A stretch of DNA of 15,255 bases from a virus (taxonomy: Duplodnaviria > Heunggongvirae > Uroviricota > Caudoviricetes). A model generated the notes under the pieces. The model searched no databases and had not been told where the DNA came from. It was given only the letters and a program-made list of their open reading frames with translations. A program made the position numbers and the translations under genes. Positions 1-8,814 of the stretch are shown in pieces; the first letter of the stretch is position 1; the number at the start of each line of letters is the position of its first letter. The stretch lies in IMG/VR virus record IMGVR_UViG_3300029843_000046. One strand, given 5' to 3'.

Positions 1-28
1 AGCCCTGAGTCACGCGGCTCTGCCGTAA
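1..28 (+). CDS. 3' end of an upstream head gene (decoration or scaffold protein position); partial
   Basis: Open frame from position 2 reads ALSHAALP then TAA at 26-28. It sits where lambda has D, but the C-terminus does not match what I recall for lambda gpD, so the product is unassigned. Confidence 0.3.
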
Positions 29-85
29 CACGTTATCAGGCCACCATGGTGGCCTGACTGATTTCTGAATGAAAGGAACTGATTT

Positions 86-1114
86 ATGGGATTGTTTACG
101 ACCCGCCAGTTACTCGGTTATACCGAACAAAAAGTGAAATTCCGTGCGCTGTTTCTGGAGCTGTTTTTCCGCCGTACGGTGAATTTCCACACCGAAGAGG
201 TGATGCTGGACAAAATTACCGGAAAAACGCCGGTGGCGGCCTATGTCTCCCCGATCGTTGAAGGAAAAGTGCTTCGCCATCGCGGTGGTGAAACCCGCGT
301 GTTACGTCCGGGCTACGTCAAGCCCAAACACGAATTTAATTACCAGCAGGCGGTTGAGCGCCTTCCTGGTGAAGATCCGGCTCAGCTGAACGACCCGGCC
401 TACCGTCGTCTGCGTATCATTACCGATAACCTCAAACAGGAAGAGCACGCCATTGTCCAGGTGGAAGAAATGCAGGCGGTGAATGCCGTGCTGTATGGCA
501 AATACACCATGGAAGGGGATCAGTTTGATACTGTCGAGGTGGATTTCGGGCGCTCTGAAGGAAATAACATTGAGCAGGCTGACGGTAAAAAATGGTCTGA
601 GCAGGACCGTGATACGTTTGATCCGACGCATGATATTGACCTCTACTGCGATCAGGCCAGCGGCCTTGTGAATATCGCCATTATGGACGGTACGGTCTGG
701 CGTCTGCTGAATGGCTTTAAGCTGTTCCGCGAAAAACTGGATACCCGTCGCGGCTCAAATTCACAACTCGAAACGGCAGTGAAAGATCTGGGCGCAGTGG
801 TGTCCTTCAAGGGGTATTACGGCGATCTGGCCATTGTGGTGGCGAAAACGTCTTATATAGCAGAAGACGGTATCGAAAAACGTTATCTTCCAGATGGCAT
901 GCTGGTGCTGGGGAATACGGCGGCAGAGGGGATTCGTTGCTATGGTGCCATTAAGGATGCACAGGCGTTGTCTGAAGGAGTGGTGGCCTCTTCCCGTTAC
1001 CCGAAACACTGGCTGACCGTGGGCGATCCGTCCTGTGAATTCACCATGACGCAGTCCGCTCCGCTGATGGTGCTGCCGGATCCGGATGAGTTTGTGGTGG
1101 TACAGGTGAAATAA
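86..1114 (+). CDS. E: Major capsid protein (lambda gpE family)
   Basis: 342-aa ORF with AAAGGAA ribosome-binding site upstream of the ATG at 86. Translation is colinear with lambda gpE as I recall it (YVSPIV, PGYVKPKHE, KEKLDTRRGSNS, MVLGNT, SAPLM, DPDEFV) and about the same length (341 aa). Confidence 0.95.
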   Translation: MGLFTTRQLLGYTEQKVKFRALFLELFFRRTVNFHTEEVMLDKITGKTPVAAYVSPIVEGKVLRHRGGETRVLRPGYVKPKHEFNYQQAVERLPGEDPAQLNDPAYRRLRIITDNLKQEEHAIVQVEEMQAVNAVLYGKYTMEGDQFDTVEVDFGRSEGNNIEQADGKKWSEQDRDTFDPTHDIDLYCDQASGLVNIAIMDGTVWRLLNGFKLFREKLDTRRGSNSQLETAVKDLGAVVSFKGYYGDLAIVVAKTSYIAEDGIEKRYLPDGMLVLGNTAAEGIRCYGAIKDAQALSEGVVASSRYPKHWLTVGDPSCEFTMTQSAPLMVLPDPDEFVVVQVK

Positions 1115-1122
1115 TCCGTGAG

Positions 1123-1151
1123 CGGGGGCGAAATGCCCCCGTGTCTTTTTT
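1123..1151 (+). terminator. Terminator-like hairpin between E and FI (7-bp GC stem CGGGGGC/GCCCCCG, loop GAAAT, then TGTC and TTTTTT)
   Basis: Inverted repeat 1123-1129 / 1135-1141 followed by a T6 run at 1146-1151, read directly from the sequence. Likely a partial terminator or mRNA-stabilising stem-loop inside the late operon. Confidence 0.4.
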
Positions 1152-1165
1152 CACAGGAGGCTGAG

Positions 1166-1549
1166 ATGGCAACAAAAGAAGAAAATCTGAATCGTCTTCG
1201 TCAACTGGCTGGCCTGCTGGGGCGCGAGGCGGATATGTCGGGGAGTGCTGCGGATATTGCTCAACGTGTGTCTGAGTGGGAAGAGGAGCTTGCTGTTTCC
1301 CCGGAGGGCATTATGCACTCTGATGAGAGCGGGGCTGATCAAAATCACACAGACGATGGTGAGCAGTTGAACAACACGGATGCTCCGGATGATGTTAAAG
1401 CCGTCCGGGTACGGAAGTGCCTGCAAGTAATGGGGTATTGCCCGGAGACAGGTCGTCCCGTTGAGCTGGCGTTACGGGGTATGCGTGTTCTGGTGCCATC
1501 ATCACTGGCAACGGCCATGATACAGCACGGAACGGCTGAATATGCGTGA
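1166..1549 (+). CDS. FI: Head assembly / DNA-packaging protein FI
   Basis: ATG at 1166 preceded by AGGAGG (1155-1160); the tracked ORF start at 1118 is an upstream in-frame extension without a start context. Translation (MATKEENLNRLRQLAG..., acidic central segment) resembles lambda gpFI, and it lies between E and FII. Confidence 0.8.
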   Translation: MATKEENLNRLRQLAGLLGREADMSGSAADIAQRVSEWEEELAVSPEGIMHSDESGADQNHTDDGEQLNNTDAPDDVKAVRVRKCLQVMGYCPETGRPVELALRGMRVLVPSSLATAMIQHGTAEYA

Positions 1550-1895
1550 TTTTCAGAATGCCTTTGATGCTGCCCTTGCCGGGGTGGACAGTACGATCGT
1601 TGAAGTGATGGGGATCCGTGCGCAGTTCACCTCCGGAGCACAACGTGGCGGCGAAGTTCAGGGGGTTTTTGACGATCCGGAGTCGCTGGGTTTTGCCGGT
1701 GGCGGGGTCCGTATTGAAGGAAGCAGCCCGTCATTATTTGTGCGGACGGATACGGTGCGTGCCGTGCGGCGTGGTGACACGCTGACCATTAACGGCGAGA
1801 TGTTCTGGGTGGATCGTGTTTCTCCGGATGACGGGGGCAGCTGTTATCTCTGGCTGAACCGCGGGCAACCACCGGCAGTTAACCGGCGACGATAA
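1542..1895 (+). CDS. FII: Head-tail joining protein FII
   Basis: 117 aa, the same length as lambda gpFII, with closely matching motifs (GVFDDPE, EGSSPSLFVRTD, RRGDTLTI, FWVDRVSPDDGGSC, PPAVNRRR). The start overlaps the FI stop. Confidence 0.92.
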   Translation: MRDFQNAFDAALAGVDSTIVEVMGIRAQFTSGAQRGGEVQGVFDDPESLGFAGGGVRIEGSSPSLFVRTDTVRAVRRGDTLTINGEMFWVDRVSPDDGGSCYLWLNRGQPPAVNRRR

Positions 1896-1909
1896 ACGCA
1901 GGGTGAATT

Positions 1910-2443
1910 ATGGCGATAAAAGGGCTTGATCAGGCGATTGAAAATCTGAGCCGGGTTCGTAAAAACGCCATTCCGGCGGCTTCAGCAATGACGATTAACC
2001 GCGTGGCCACAACGGCGATTAATCAGTCTTCGTCACAGGTTGCCCGGGAGACCCGGGTGAGCCGGAAACTGGTAAAGGAACGGTCCAGACTGAAACGGGC
2101 GACGGTCAGAAATCCGAACGCAAAAATTATCGTTAACCGCGGTGATCTTCCAGTGATTAAGCTGGGGATCAGGATGCTGGGCCGTCGTCCGAACAGCATA
2201 CTTAAAGCCGGTCAGCATCGGTATCAGCGGGCATTCATTCAGCGATTAAAAAACGGTCGCTGGCATGTCATGCAGCGTGTGGCCGGGAAAAACCGTTACC
2301 CTATTGATGTGGTGAAAATCCCGATGGCGGCCCCACTGAAACAGGCGTTTGATGAGAATGTTGACCGTATCCGGCGTGAACGCCTGCTCGGAGAACTGGC
2401 ATCCGCGTTGAAACAACAACTGAGGATTGCGATAAAACGATGA
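1910..2443 (+). CDS. Z: Tail completion protein Z
   Basis: 177 aa; N-terminus MAIKGL and C-terminal block NGRWHVMQRVAGKNRYPIDVVKIPMA match lambda gpZ as I recall it. The stop overlaps the U start (ATGA). Confidence 0.9.
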   Translation: MAIKGLDQAIENLSRVRKNAIPAASAMTINRVATTAINQSSSQVARETRVSRKLVKERSRLKRATVRNPNAKIIVNRGDLPVIKLGIRMLGRRPNSILKAGQHRYQRAFIQRLKNGRWHVMQRVAGKNRYPIDVVKIPMAAPLKQAFDENVDRIRRERLLGELASALKQQLRIAIKR

Positions 2444-2835
2444 AACACACTGATATCCGTGCTGCAGTGCTGGATGCACTCGAGCAGCATGAACACGGGG
2501 CGACGCTGTTTGATGGTCGCCCCGTTGTTTTTGACGAAGAGGATTTTCCTGCGATCGCGGTTTATCTGACGGATGCAGAGTATACCGGTGAAGAGCTGGA
2601 TGCAGATACCTGGCGGGCCACACTGCATATTGAGGTGTTTTTACCGGCACAGGTACCTGATTCGGAGCTCGATCAGTGGATGGAAAGCCGGATTTATCCG
2701 GCGATGACTGCGATCCCGGCACTGGCAGGACTGATTACCACGATGGTTACGCAGGGCTATGAGTATCGTCGTGATGACGATATGGCGTTATGGAGCTCTG
2801 CGGATCTGACTTATTCCATTACATACGAGATGTGA
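2440..2835 (+). CDS. U: Tail terminator protein U
   Basis: 131 aa, the same length as lambda gpU, with near-identical blocks ([53 protein letters not shown]). Confidence 0.93.
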   Translation: MKHTDIRAAVLDALEQHEHGATLFDGRPVVFDEEDFPAIAVYLTDAEYTGEELDADTWRATLHIEVFLPAQVPDSELDQWMESRIYPAMTAIPALAGLITTMVTQGYEYRRDDDMALWSSADLTYSITYEM

Positions 2836-2842
2836 GGACGAT

Positions 2843-3592
2843 ATGGCAACACCAAATCCCCTTGAGCCGGTAAAAGGTGCCGGTACCACTCTGTGGGTTT
2901 ACAACGGCAAGGGTGATGCTTATGCAAACCCGTTGTCAGACGATGACTGGCAGCGACTGGCTAAGGTGAAGGATCTGACGCCGGGCGAGATGACGGCAGA
3001 ATCCTACGATGATAACTACCTAGATGATGAAGACGCAGACTGGACCGCGACCGGGCAGGGGCAGAAATCTGCAGGTGATACCAGTTTTACGCTGGCCTGG
3101 AAACCGGGAGAGGAAGGTCAGAAAGGGCTTATAGGCTGGTTTGAAAGCGGCGATGTCCGGGCCTATAAAATCCGTTTTCCGAATGGCACGGTGGATGTGT
3201 TTCGTGGCTGGGTCAGCAGTATCGGTAAGGCCGTGACGGCGAAAGAAGTGATCACCCGCACGGTGAAAGTCACTAACGTGGGTAAACCTTCTGTAGCGGA
3301 AGAACGCAGCAAAATTACGCCGGTCACTGCGATTAAGGTGACGCCGACATCCGGTACGGTGGCAAAAGGGAAAACAACCACCCTGACGGTTTCTTTTGAG
3401 CCGGAAAGTGCAACCGACAAGACGTTCAGGGCGATTTCCGCCGATCCATCAAAAGCCACCATTAGCGTGAAAGATATGACGATTACTGTGACGGGGGTTA
3501 AGGATGGAAAAGTCAGCATCCCTGTGATTTCCGGTAATGGTCAGTTTGCTGCGGTGGCTGAAATTACCGTTAATAATGTGCCGGGTGGCTAA
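2843..3592 (+). CDS. V: Major tail tube protein V with C-terminal Ig-like (Big_2-type) domain
   Basis: 249 aa (lambda gpV is about 246 aa). The N-terminal tube domain is followed by a C-terminal segment ([15 protein letters not shown]...[13 protein letters not shown]) typical of the bacterial Ig-like domain on gpV. Sits directly after U. Confidence 0.93.
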   Translation: MATPNPLEPVKGAGTTLWVYNGKGDAYANPLSDDDWQRLAKVKDLTPGEMTAESYDDNYLDDEDADWTATGQGQKSAGDTSFTLAWKPGEEGQKGLIGWFESGDVRAYKIRFPNGTVDVFRGWVSSIGKAVTAKEVITRTVKVTNVGKPSVAEERSKITPVTAIKVTPTSGTVAKGKTTTLTVSFEPESATDKTFRAISADPSKATISVKDMTITVTGVKDGKVSIPVISGNGQFAAVAEITVNNVPGG

Positions 3593-3610
3593 AGAGCTGA
3601 GAGATAAGCG

Positions 3611-4042
3611 ATGTTCCTGAAAACAGAACAATTTGAATATAACGGTGTATCCGTCACGCTTTCTGAGCTGTCTGCGCTGCAGCGTATTGAGCATCTTGCC
3701 CTCCTGAAACGGCGGGCAGAAGAGGCTGAAGCCAGCGGCAACCTGCAGGTGAGTGTGGAAGATCTTGTCAGAACCGGCGCGTTTCTGGTGGCGATGTCCC
3801 TGTGGCATAACCATCCACAGAAAACGCAGTCACCGTCAATGAATGAGGCCGTGATGAAGATAGAGCAGGAAGTGCTCACCACCTGGCCTGCCGATGCCAT
3901 TGCCCGGGCGGAAGACGTGGTGTTGCGTCTGTCCGGGATGAGCGGGGCTGTTCATGTGGATACGGATATCACCGAAGTGGCGAAAAACAACGCGCTTACT
4001 GATGATGATTTTTCTGCGGGAAAGTCTTCGACGGCGAGCTGA
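3611..4042 (+). CDS. G: Tail assembly chaperone G
   Basis: 143 aa ORF after V; translation (MFLKTEQFEYNGVSVTLSELSALQRIEHLALLKRRAEE...) resembles lambda gpG. It ends 18 nt after the slippery heptamer GGGAAAG. Confidence 0.9.
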   Translation: MFLKTEQFEYNGVSVTLSELSALQRIEHLALLKRRAEEAEASGNLQVSVEDLVRTGAFLVAMSLWHNHPQKTQSPSMNEAVMKIEQEVLTTWPADAIARAEDVVLRLSGMSGAVHVDTDITEVAKNNALTDDDFSAGKSSTAS

Positions 4043-4482
4043 ATTTTGCCCTCAGACTGGCGCGTGAGATGGGGCGACCCGACTGGCGCGCCATGCTTGC
4101 CGGGATGACATCCACCGAATATGCCGACTGGCGACATTTTTACCGTACGCATTATTTTCACGATACCCAACTGGATATGCATTTTTCCGGGCTGACGTAC
4201 GCCGTACTCAGCCTGTTTTTTTGCGATCCGGATATGCATCCCTCGGACTTCAGCCTGCTTGTCCCCCGGCGTGAGGAAGAGCAGACGGCGATGCCGGATG
4301 AGGACAAAATGCTGATGCAGAAAGCGGCAGGACTTTCCGGAGGCGTCCGGTTCGGTGGGGACGGAGGGCGCGATATTTTATCGTCTGCGGATGTGGCGGA
4401 TGTCATGGTGGATGATGCCGCATTAATGATGGCTTCAGCGGGGATTCCGGGAGGTGTGAGATATGTCCCAGCCGGTTGGTGA
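3611..4482 (+). CDS. T: Tail assembly chaperone G-T fusion, made by -1 frameshift at 4018-4024
   Basis: The -1 frame after the slippery site encodes ...LALRLAREMGRPDWRAMLAGMTSTEYADWRHFYRTHYFHD..., matching the lambda gpT portion as I recall it. The stop at 4480-4482 overlaps the H start region. The translated product is not a simple ORF because of the frameshift. Confidence 0.8.
4018..4024 (+). other. -1 programmed ribosomal frameshift slippery heptamer G GGA AAG (G to G-T)
   Basis: GGGAAAG is in the G frame as G-GGA-AAG (codons 4019-4021 and 4022-4024). The -1 frame from 4024 is open and continues in frame into the ORF ending at 4482; 4069 minus 4024 is 45. Confidence 0.85.
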
Positions 4483-7036
4483 TCTTGTTATTGACCTTAG
4501 TCTGGATGCTGTCCGTTTCGATGAGCAGATGAGCCGGGTAAGGCGTCATTTTTCAGGTCTGGATACCGACGCCAGAAAAACCGCCAGTGCTGTTGAACAG
4601 GGCCTGAGCCGCCAGGCGCTGGCTGCACAAAAAGCCGGGATTTCCGTCGGGCAGTATAAAGCGGCCATGCGAACCCTGCCCGCACAGTTTACGGATATCG
4701 CCACGCAGCTTGCCGGTGGTCAGAATCCCTGGCTCATCCTGCTGCAACAGGGTGGTCAGGTGAAGGACTCCTTCGGCGGGATGATCCCCATGTTCCGGGG
4801 GCTTGCCGGTGCGATCACCCTGCCGATGGTCGGGGTCACCTCGCTGGCGGTGGCGACAGGTGCGCTGGCGTACGCCTGGTACCAGGGAGATTCCACGCTT
4901 TCAGCGTTTAATAAAACCCTGGTTCTTTCAGGTAATCAGTCCGGACTGACTGCCGATCGCATGCTGACGCTCTCCAGAGCCGGACAGGCAACTGGGCTGA
5001 CGTTTAACCAGGCGAGAGAGTCACTGGCAGCCCTGGTGAATGCCGGTGTGCGTGGTGGTGAACAGTTTGAGGCAATCAACCAGAGTGTTGCGCGTTTTGC
5101 GTCTGCATCCGGTGTGGAGGTGGATAAAGTCGCTGAAGCCTTCGGGAAGCTGACCACTGACCCGACGTCGGGACTGATGGCGATGGCGCGCCAGTTCCAT
5201 AACGTGACGGCAGAGCAGATTGCGTATGTTGCACAGCTGCAGCGTTCCGGCGATGAAGTCGGGGCATTGCAGGCGGCGAACGATATCGCCACGAAAGGCT
5301 TTGATGAGCAGACCCGTAGCCTGAAAGAAAACATGGGGACGCTGGAGACCTGGGCGGATAAAACAGGGAAGGCGTTCAAATCGATGTGGGATGCCATTCT
5401 GGATATCGGTCGTCCTGAGTCCTCAGCGGATATGCTCGCCAGTGCACAGAAGGCATTTGATGAGGCGGATAAAAAATGGCAGTGGTACCAGAGCCGGAGC
5501 CAGCGCCGGGGAAAAACCGCCTCTTTTCGTGCCAACCTTCAGGGCGCATGGGATGACCGGGAAAATGCCCGTCTGGGTCTGGCAGCGGCAACGCTGCAGT
5601 CGGATATGGAAAAAGCCGGTGAACTGGCGGCAAGGGACAGGGCTGAGCGTGAGTCGTCACAGCTGAAGTATACCGGAGAGGCGCAGAAGGCGTATGAGCG
5701 CCTGCTGACGCCACTGGAGAAATATACCGCCCGGCAGGAAGAGCTGAATAAGGCCCTGAAAGACGGGAAAATCCTGCAGGCGGATTACAACACGCTGATG
5801 GCGTCGGCAAAAAAGGATTATGAATCGACGCTGAAAAAGCCATCTGCTGTGAAGGTGTCTGCCGGTGAGCGTCAGGAAGACCGGGCGCATGCATCCATGC
5901 TGGCGCTTGAAACCGAGCTCAGGACGCTGGAAAAACACAGCGGTGTGAATGAGAAAATCAGCCAGCAGCGCCGGGATTTATGGAAAGCGGAAAATCAGTA
6001 TGTGGTCCTGAAAGAGGCCGCCACGAAACGGCAGTTATCTGAGCAGGAAAAATCCCTGCTGGCTCATGAGAAAGAGACGCTGGAGTACAAACGCCAGCTG
6101 GCTGAGCTGGGAGACAAGATTGAACACCAGAAACGGCTGAATGAGCTGGCACAGCAGGCGGCGCGGTTTGAACAGCAGCAGAGCGCGAAGCAGGCGGCAA
6201 TCAGCGCAAAAGCCCGCGGACTCACCGACCGTCAGGCGCAGCGGGAGTCGGAAGAGCAGCGCCTTCGTGAGGTGTACGGTGATAATCCGGCTGCGCTGGC
6301 GAAGGCCACATCGGCACTGAAGAACACCTGGTCTGCGGAGGAGCAGCTTCGTGGAAGCTGGATGGCCGGGATGAAGTCCGGCTGGGGAGAGTGGGCGGAA
6401 AGTGCGACGGACAGTTTTTCGCAGGTTAAAAACGCGGCCACGCAGACCTTTGATGGTATTGCGCAGAATATGGCGGCGATGCTGACCGGCAGTGAGCAGA
6501 ACTGGCGCAGCTTCACCCGCTCCGTGCTGTCCATGATGACAGAAATTCTGCTTAAGCAGGCAATGGTGGGGATTGTCGGAAGTATCGGCAGCGCCATTGG
6601 CGGGGCTGTTGGTGGTGGCGCATCCGCGTCAGGCGGTACAGCCATTCAGGCAGCTGCGGCGAAATTCCATTTTGCGACCGGAGGATTTACGGGAACCGGC
6701 GGCAAATATGAGCCAGCGGGGATTGTTCACCGTGGTGAATTTGTCTTCACGAAGGAGGCAACCAGCCGGATTGGCGTAGGAAATCTTTACCGGCTGATGC
6801 GCGGCTATGCCACCGGTGGTTATGTCGGCGGTGCCGGAAGTCCGGCGCAGATGCGGCGGGCCGAAGGTATTAATTTTAATCAGAACAATCACGTGGTGAT
6901 TCAGAACGACGGTATCAACGGACAGGCGGGGTCGCAGCTGATGAAGGCGGTGTATGACATGGCCCGCAAGGGGGCACAGGATGAACTCCGGCTGCAGTTG
7001 CGTGATGGCGGTCTGTTATCAGGGAGCGGTCGATGA
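4463..7036 (+). CDS. H: Tail tape measure protein H
   Basis: 857 aa (lambda gpH is 853 aa) with GGAGGTG ribosome-binding site. Extensive colinearity with lambda gpH as I recall it (VGDLV.DLSLDA.RFDEQM.RVRRHFSG, SAEEQLRGSWMAG, and the glycine-rich C-terminal block IGSAIGGAVGGGASASGG). The stop overlaps the M start. Confidence 0.95.
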   Translation: MSQPVGDLVIDLSLDAVRFDEQMSRVRRHFSGLDTDARKTASAVEQGLSRQALAAQKAGISVGQYKAAMRTLPAQFTDIATQLAGGQNPWLILLQQGGQVKDSFGGMIPMFRGLAGAITLPMVGVTSLAVATGALAYAWYQGDSTLSAFNKTLVLSGNQSGLTADRMLTLSRAGQATGLTFNQARESLAALVNAGVRGGEQFEAINQSVARFASASGVEVDKVAEAFGKLTTDPTSGLMAMARQFHNVTAEQIAYVAQLQRSGDEVGALQAANDIATKGFDEQTRSLKENMGTLETWADKTGKAFKSMWDAILDIGRPESSADMLASAQKAFDEADKKWQWYQSRSQRRGKTASFRANLQGAWDDRENARLGLAAATLQSDMEKAGELAARDRAERESSQLKYTGEAQKAYERLLTPLEKYTARQEELNKALKDGKILQADYNTLMASAKKDYESTLKKPSAVKVSAGERQEDRAHASMLALETELRTLEKHSGVNEKISQQRRDLWKAENQYVVLKEAATKRQLSEQEKSLLAHEKETLEYKRQLAELGDKIEHQKRLNELAQQAARFEQQQSAKQAAISAKARGLTDRQAQRESEEQRLREVYGDNPAALAKATSALKNTWSAEEQLRGSWMAGMKSGWGEWAESATDSFSQVKNAATQTFDGIAQNMAAMLTGSEQNWRSFTRSVLSMMTEILLKQAMVGIVGSIGSAIGGAVGGGASASGGTAIQAAAAKFHFATGGFTGTGGKYEPAGIVHRGEFVFTKEATSRIGVGNLYRLMRGYATGGYVGGAGSPAQMRRAEGINFNQNNHVVIQNDGINGQAGSQLMKAVYDMARKGAQDELRLQLRDGGLLSGSGR

Positions 7037-7362
7037 AAACCTTTCGCTGGAAAGTGAAGCCGGATATGGAGGTGAACTCGCAGCCATCGGTGCGTGAAGT
7101 GCGTTTTGGTGACGGGTACTCACAGCGTATGGCGGCAGGGCTGAATGCTGACCTGAAAACATACAGGGTGACGCTTTCCGTGACCCGGGAGGAGGCCCGG
7201 CATCTGGAAGCGTTCCTGGCAGAGCACGGTGGCTGGAAGGCATTTTTGTGGAAGCCACCCTATGCATACCGGCAGATAAAGGTGACCTGTGCCGGGTGGT
7301 CTGCGCGGGTCGGGATGTTGCGCGTTGAGTTCAGCGCGGAGTTTAAGCAGGTGGTGAACTGA
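7033..7362 (+). CDS. M: Tail tip protein M
   Basis: 109 aa, the same length as lambda gpM, in the conserved position between H and L with overlapping start and stop codons. Confidence 0.88.
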   Translation: MKTFRWKVKPDMEVNSQPSVREVRFGDGYSQRMAAGLNADLKTYRVTLSVTREEARHLEAFLAEHGGWKAFLWKPPYAYRQIKVTCAGWSARVGMLRVEFSAEFKQVVN

Positions 7363-8060
7363 TGCAGGATATTCATGAAGAAAGCCTGAACGAGTCGGTT
7401 AAATCAGAGCAGTCACCGCGGGTGGTACTCTGGGAAATCGACCTGACGGTACAGGGCGGTGAGCGGTATTTTTTCTGTAATGAGCTGAATGAAAAAGGGG
7501 AGCCGGTCACCTGGCAGGGGCGTAAGTATGAGGCATACCCGATTGACGGCAGCGGCTTTGAGATGAACGGCCGGGGCAGCAGTGCCCGCCCGTCGCTGAC
7601 GGTGTCCAATCTGTTTGGCCTTGTCACCGGGATGGCGGAGGACCTGCAGAGTCTGGTGGGGGCCACGGTGGTCCGCCGCCGGGTGTATGCCCGTTTTCTG
7701 GATGCGGTGAATTTCGTTGCGGGCAATCCGGAGGCGGACCCGGAGCAGGAGCTGAGTGACCGCTGGGTGGTGGAGCAGATGTCGCAGCTGACAGCCATGA
7801 CGGCCTCGTTTGTGCTGGCTACACCGACCGAGACGGACGGGGCGCTGTTTCCCGGTCGCATCATGCTGGCGAACACCTGTATGTGGGATTACCGGGGAGA
7901 TGAATGCGGGTATAACGGTCCTGCGGTGGCGGATGAGTTCGACAACCCCACCACGGATATCCGTAAGGACAGATGCAGCAAGTGCATGCGCGGGTGTGAA
8001 CTGCGCAGGAATGTCGGCAATTTTGGCGGTTTCCTTTCCATTAATAAACTTTCGCAGTAA
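7362..8060 (+). CDS. L: Tail tip protein L (C-terminal Cys cluster typical of the gpL iron-sulfur site)
   Basis: 232 aa, the same length as lambda gpL. The C-terminal region carries clustered cysteines (CMWDYRGDECGYNG ... CSKCMRGC). Position is M-L-K. Confidence 0.9.
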   Translation: MQDIHEESLNESVKSEQSPRVVLWEIDLTVQGGERYFFCNELNEKGEPVTWQGRKYEAYPIDGSGFEMNGRGSSARPSLTVSNLFGLVTGMAEDLQSLVGATVVRRRVYARFLDAVNFVAGNPEADPEQELSDRWVVEQMSQLTAMTASFVLATPTETDGALFPGRIMLANTCMWDYRGDECGYNGPAVADEFDNPTTDIRKDRCSKCMRGCELRRNVGNFGGFLSINKLSQ

Positions 8061-8070
8061 ATCCCGGTTT

Positions 8071-8814
8071 ATGACACAGACTGAATCAGCGATTCTGGCG
8101 CATGCCCGGCGGTGTGCGCCTGCGGAGTCGTGCGGCTTCGTGATAAGCACGCCGGAGGGGGAGTGGTATATCCCTTGTGTGAATATTTCCGCAGAGCCGG
8201 AGGCGTATTTTCGTATCGCACCGGAAGACTGGCTGCGGGCAGAGATGCAGGGGGAGATTGTGGCACTGGTCCACAGTCATCCCGGTGGGCTGACCTGGCT
8301 GAGCGAGGCTGACCGGCGGCTGCAGATAAAAAGCGCACTGCCCTGGTGGCTGGTCTGCCGGGGTGACATTCACAAATTCCGCTGTGTGCCACATCTGACA
8401 GGACGGCGCTTTGAGCACGGGGTGACGGACTGTTACACGCTGTTCCGGGATGCTTATCATCTGGCGGGGACTGAAATGCCGGATTTTCATCGCGAGGATG
8501 ACTGGTGGCGCAACGGTCAGAACCTTTACCTGGACAACCTGGCGGTCACCGGCTTTTACCGGGTGCCCCTGTCCTCTGCACAGGCGGGCGATATTCTGCT
8601 GTGCTGCTTTGGTGCTTCGGTACCGAACCATGCCGCCATTTACTGCGGCAACGGTGAGCTGCTTCACCATCTGCCTGAACAACTGAGTAAACGGGAGAGG
8701 TATTCCGAAAAATGGCAACGACGAACGCATTCTGTCTGGCGTCACCGCCACTGGCACGCATCTGCCTTCACGGGGATTTACAACGATTTGGCCGCCGCCT
8801 CAGCCTGTATGTGA
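8071..8814 (+). CDS. K: Tail tip assembly protein K (JAB/MPN-like plus NlpC/P60-like domains)
   Basis: First ATG of the open frame downstream of the L stop is at 8071 (MTQTESAILAHARRCAPAESCGF...); the tracked start at 7810 lies inside L and is rejected. An HSHP motif and a Cys/His pair (GVTDCYTLF, PNHAAIY) fit the MPN and NlpC/P60 folds reported for gpK. The start codon is uncertain, since lambda annotation uses a later start. Confidence 0.85.
   Translation: MTQTESAILAHARRCAPAESCGFVISTPEGEWYIPCVNISAEPEAYFRIAPEDWLRAEMQGEIVALVHSHPGGLTWLSEADRRLQIKSALPWWLVCRGDIHKFRCVPHLTGRRFEHGVTDCYTLFRDAYHLAGTEMPDFHREDDWWRNGQNLYLDNLAVTGFYRVPLSSAQAGDILLCCFGASVPNHAAIYCGNGELLHHLPEQLSKRERYSEKWQRRTHSVWRHRHWHASAFTGIYNDLAAASACM

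Noticed and set aside
1118-1165. FI start at 1118 (MSGGEMPPCLFSQEAE...) as given in the ORF track
   Set aside because: The upstream part overlaps the E-FI hairpin and T-run. A strong AGGAGG ribosome-binding site sits immediately before the ATG at 1166, which is taken as the start.
4936-5938. Long minus-strand ORFs inside H (4936..5535, 5376..5894, 5657..5938)
   Set aside because: They lie entirely antisense to the well-supported tape measure gene. They are Pro/Ala/Ser/Arg-rich, typical of antisense frames in GC-rich coding sequence, and have no start context.
7810-8070. Upstream extension of the K ORF to 7810 as given in the ORF track
   Set aside because: That extension lies inside the L coding region in another frame. 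The first ATG after the L stop (8071) gives the conserved MTQTESAIL... N-terminus.
7373-8757. Minus-strand ORFs overlapping L and K (7413..8150, 245 aa; 7373..7876; 8086..8757, 223 aa)
   Set aside because: Antisense to strongly supported L, K and I genes, with artefact-like Arg/His/Pro-rich composition.
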